The notes under the pieces are model-generated. The model had not been told where the DNA came from and did no database searches. It worked only from the letters and a program-made list of their open reading frames with translations. A stretch of DNA of 64,000 nt from a virus. Positions 63,816 to 64,000 of this stretch are shown in pieces. Position 1 is the stretch's first letter; every line of letters begins with the position of its first letter. Location: IMG/VR virus record IMGVR_UViG_3300028830_000309, one strand, 5' to 3'. Position numbers and translations under genes: made by a program.

Positions 63816-63844
63816 GAGGTACACAGCCACGTTCTGCGTTGCAA
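63816..63844 (-). promoter_or_regulatory. Possible promoter heading the early arm
   Basis: TTGCAA-N17-TACCTC, resembling the groES promoter; the final T of the -10 element is missing. Confidence 0.35.
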
Positions 63845-64000
63845 GCGCACCGACCGCAATCACTCGCGATCGTCAGTCGAGCTCGGTGCAGATCAGGCGC
63901 CGTTTCCCCCAGGCTTTCATCGCCGCGCGCCCCTCGGCTCCGGAGCCGACCCAAACGTCCAGGCGGCCAGGTCCTTTGATCGCGCCACCGACGTCGACGG

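Larger units (their letters stand above)
17770..64000. mobile_element. Siphovirus-like phage/prophage; left edge approximate, right edge not reached or not resolved
   Basis: Complete packaging-head-neck-tail-lysis series on + and a converging early arm on -. No integrase or att site seen. Confidence 0.9.

Noticed and set aside
17734-63991. GCGCCACCGA at 17734 and 63982 as attL/attR
   Set aside because: Only 10 bp and GC-rich; expected by chance, with no integrase nearby.
1-64000. CRISPR array, rRNA, transposase, integrase, reverse transcriptase or DGR repeats
   Set aside because: None recognised. The two beta-helix paralogues are diverged at the protein level, not a near-identical TR/VR pair, and no RT is present.

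Overview
High-GC window with two parts. Left (1-17680, all + strand) is a defence island. It holds a Druantia type II-like cluster (DruF-like, DruG-like, DruE helicase) followed by a RecB/AddB-type nuclease. After it comes a second module of two paralogous MORC-type GHKL ATPases, a DruA (DUF4338)-like protein and a PD-(D/E)XK restriction-like nuclease. Right (about 17770 to the window end) is a long-tailed, siphovirus-like phage or prophage. Its + strand late arm runs TerL, portal, MuF-like, scaffold, capsid, head-decoration/fibre cluster, neck, tail tube, frameshifted chaperone, TMP, CBM-bearing Dit, hub, fibre and lysis genes. A converging - strand early arm encodes dNMP kinase, a metallophosphoesterase, Rad52-like SSAP, a tRNA-fMet-like gene, GroES and GroEL, RuvC, a pseudo-receiver domain and HNH nucleases. 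No integrase, att site or terminase small subunit is visible. Best candidates for something new: (1) a tandem pair of homologous, pseudoknotted structured-RNA elements at 59257-59543; (2) the MORC-MORC-DruA-nuclease module attached to a DruFGE cluster; (3) a phage-borne GroES/GroEL pair; (4) SD-less C/A-rich translation leaders across the phage genes. All family calls come from motif recognition only; no database search or folding program was run.
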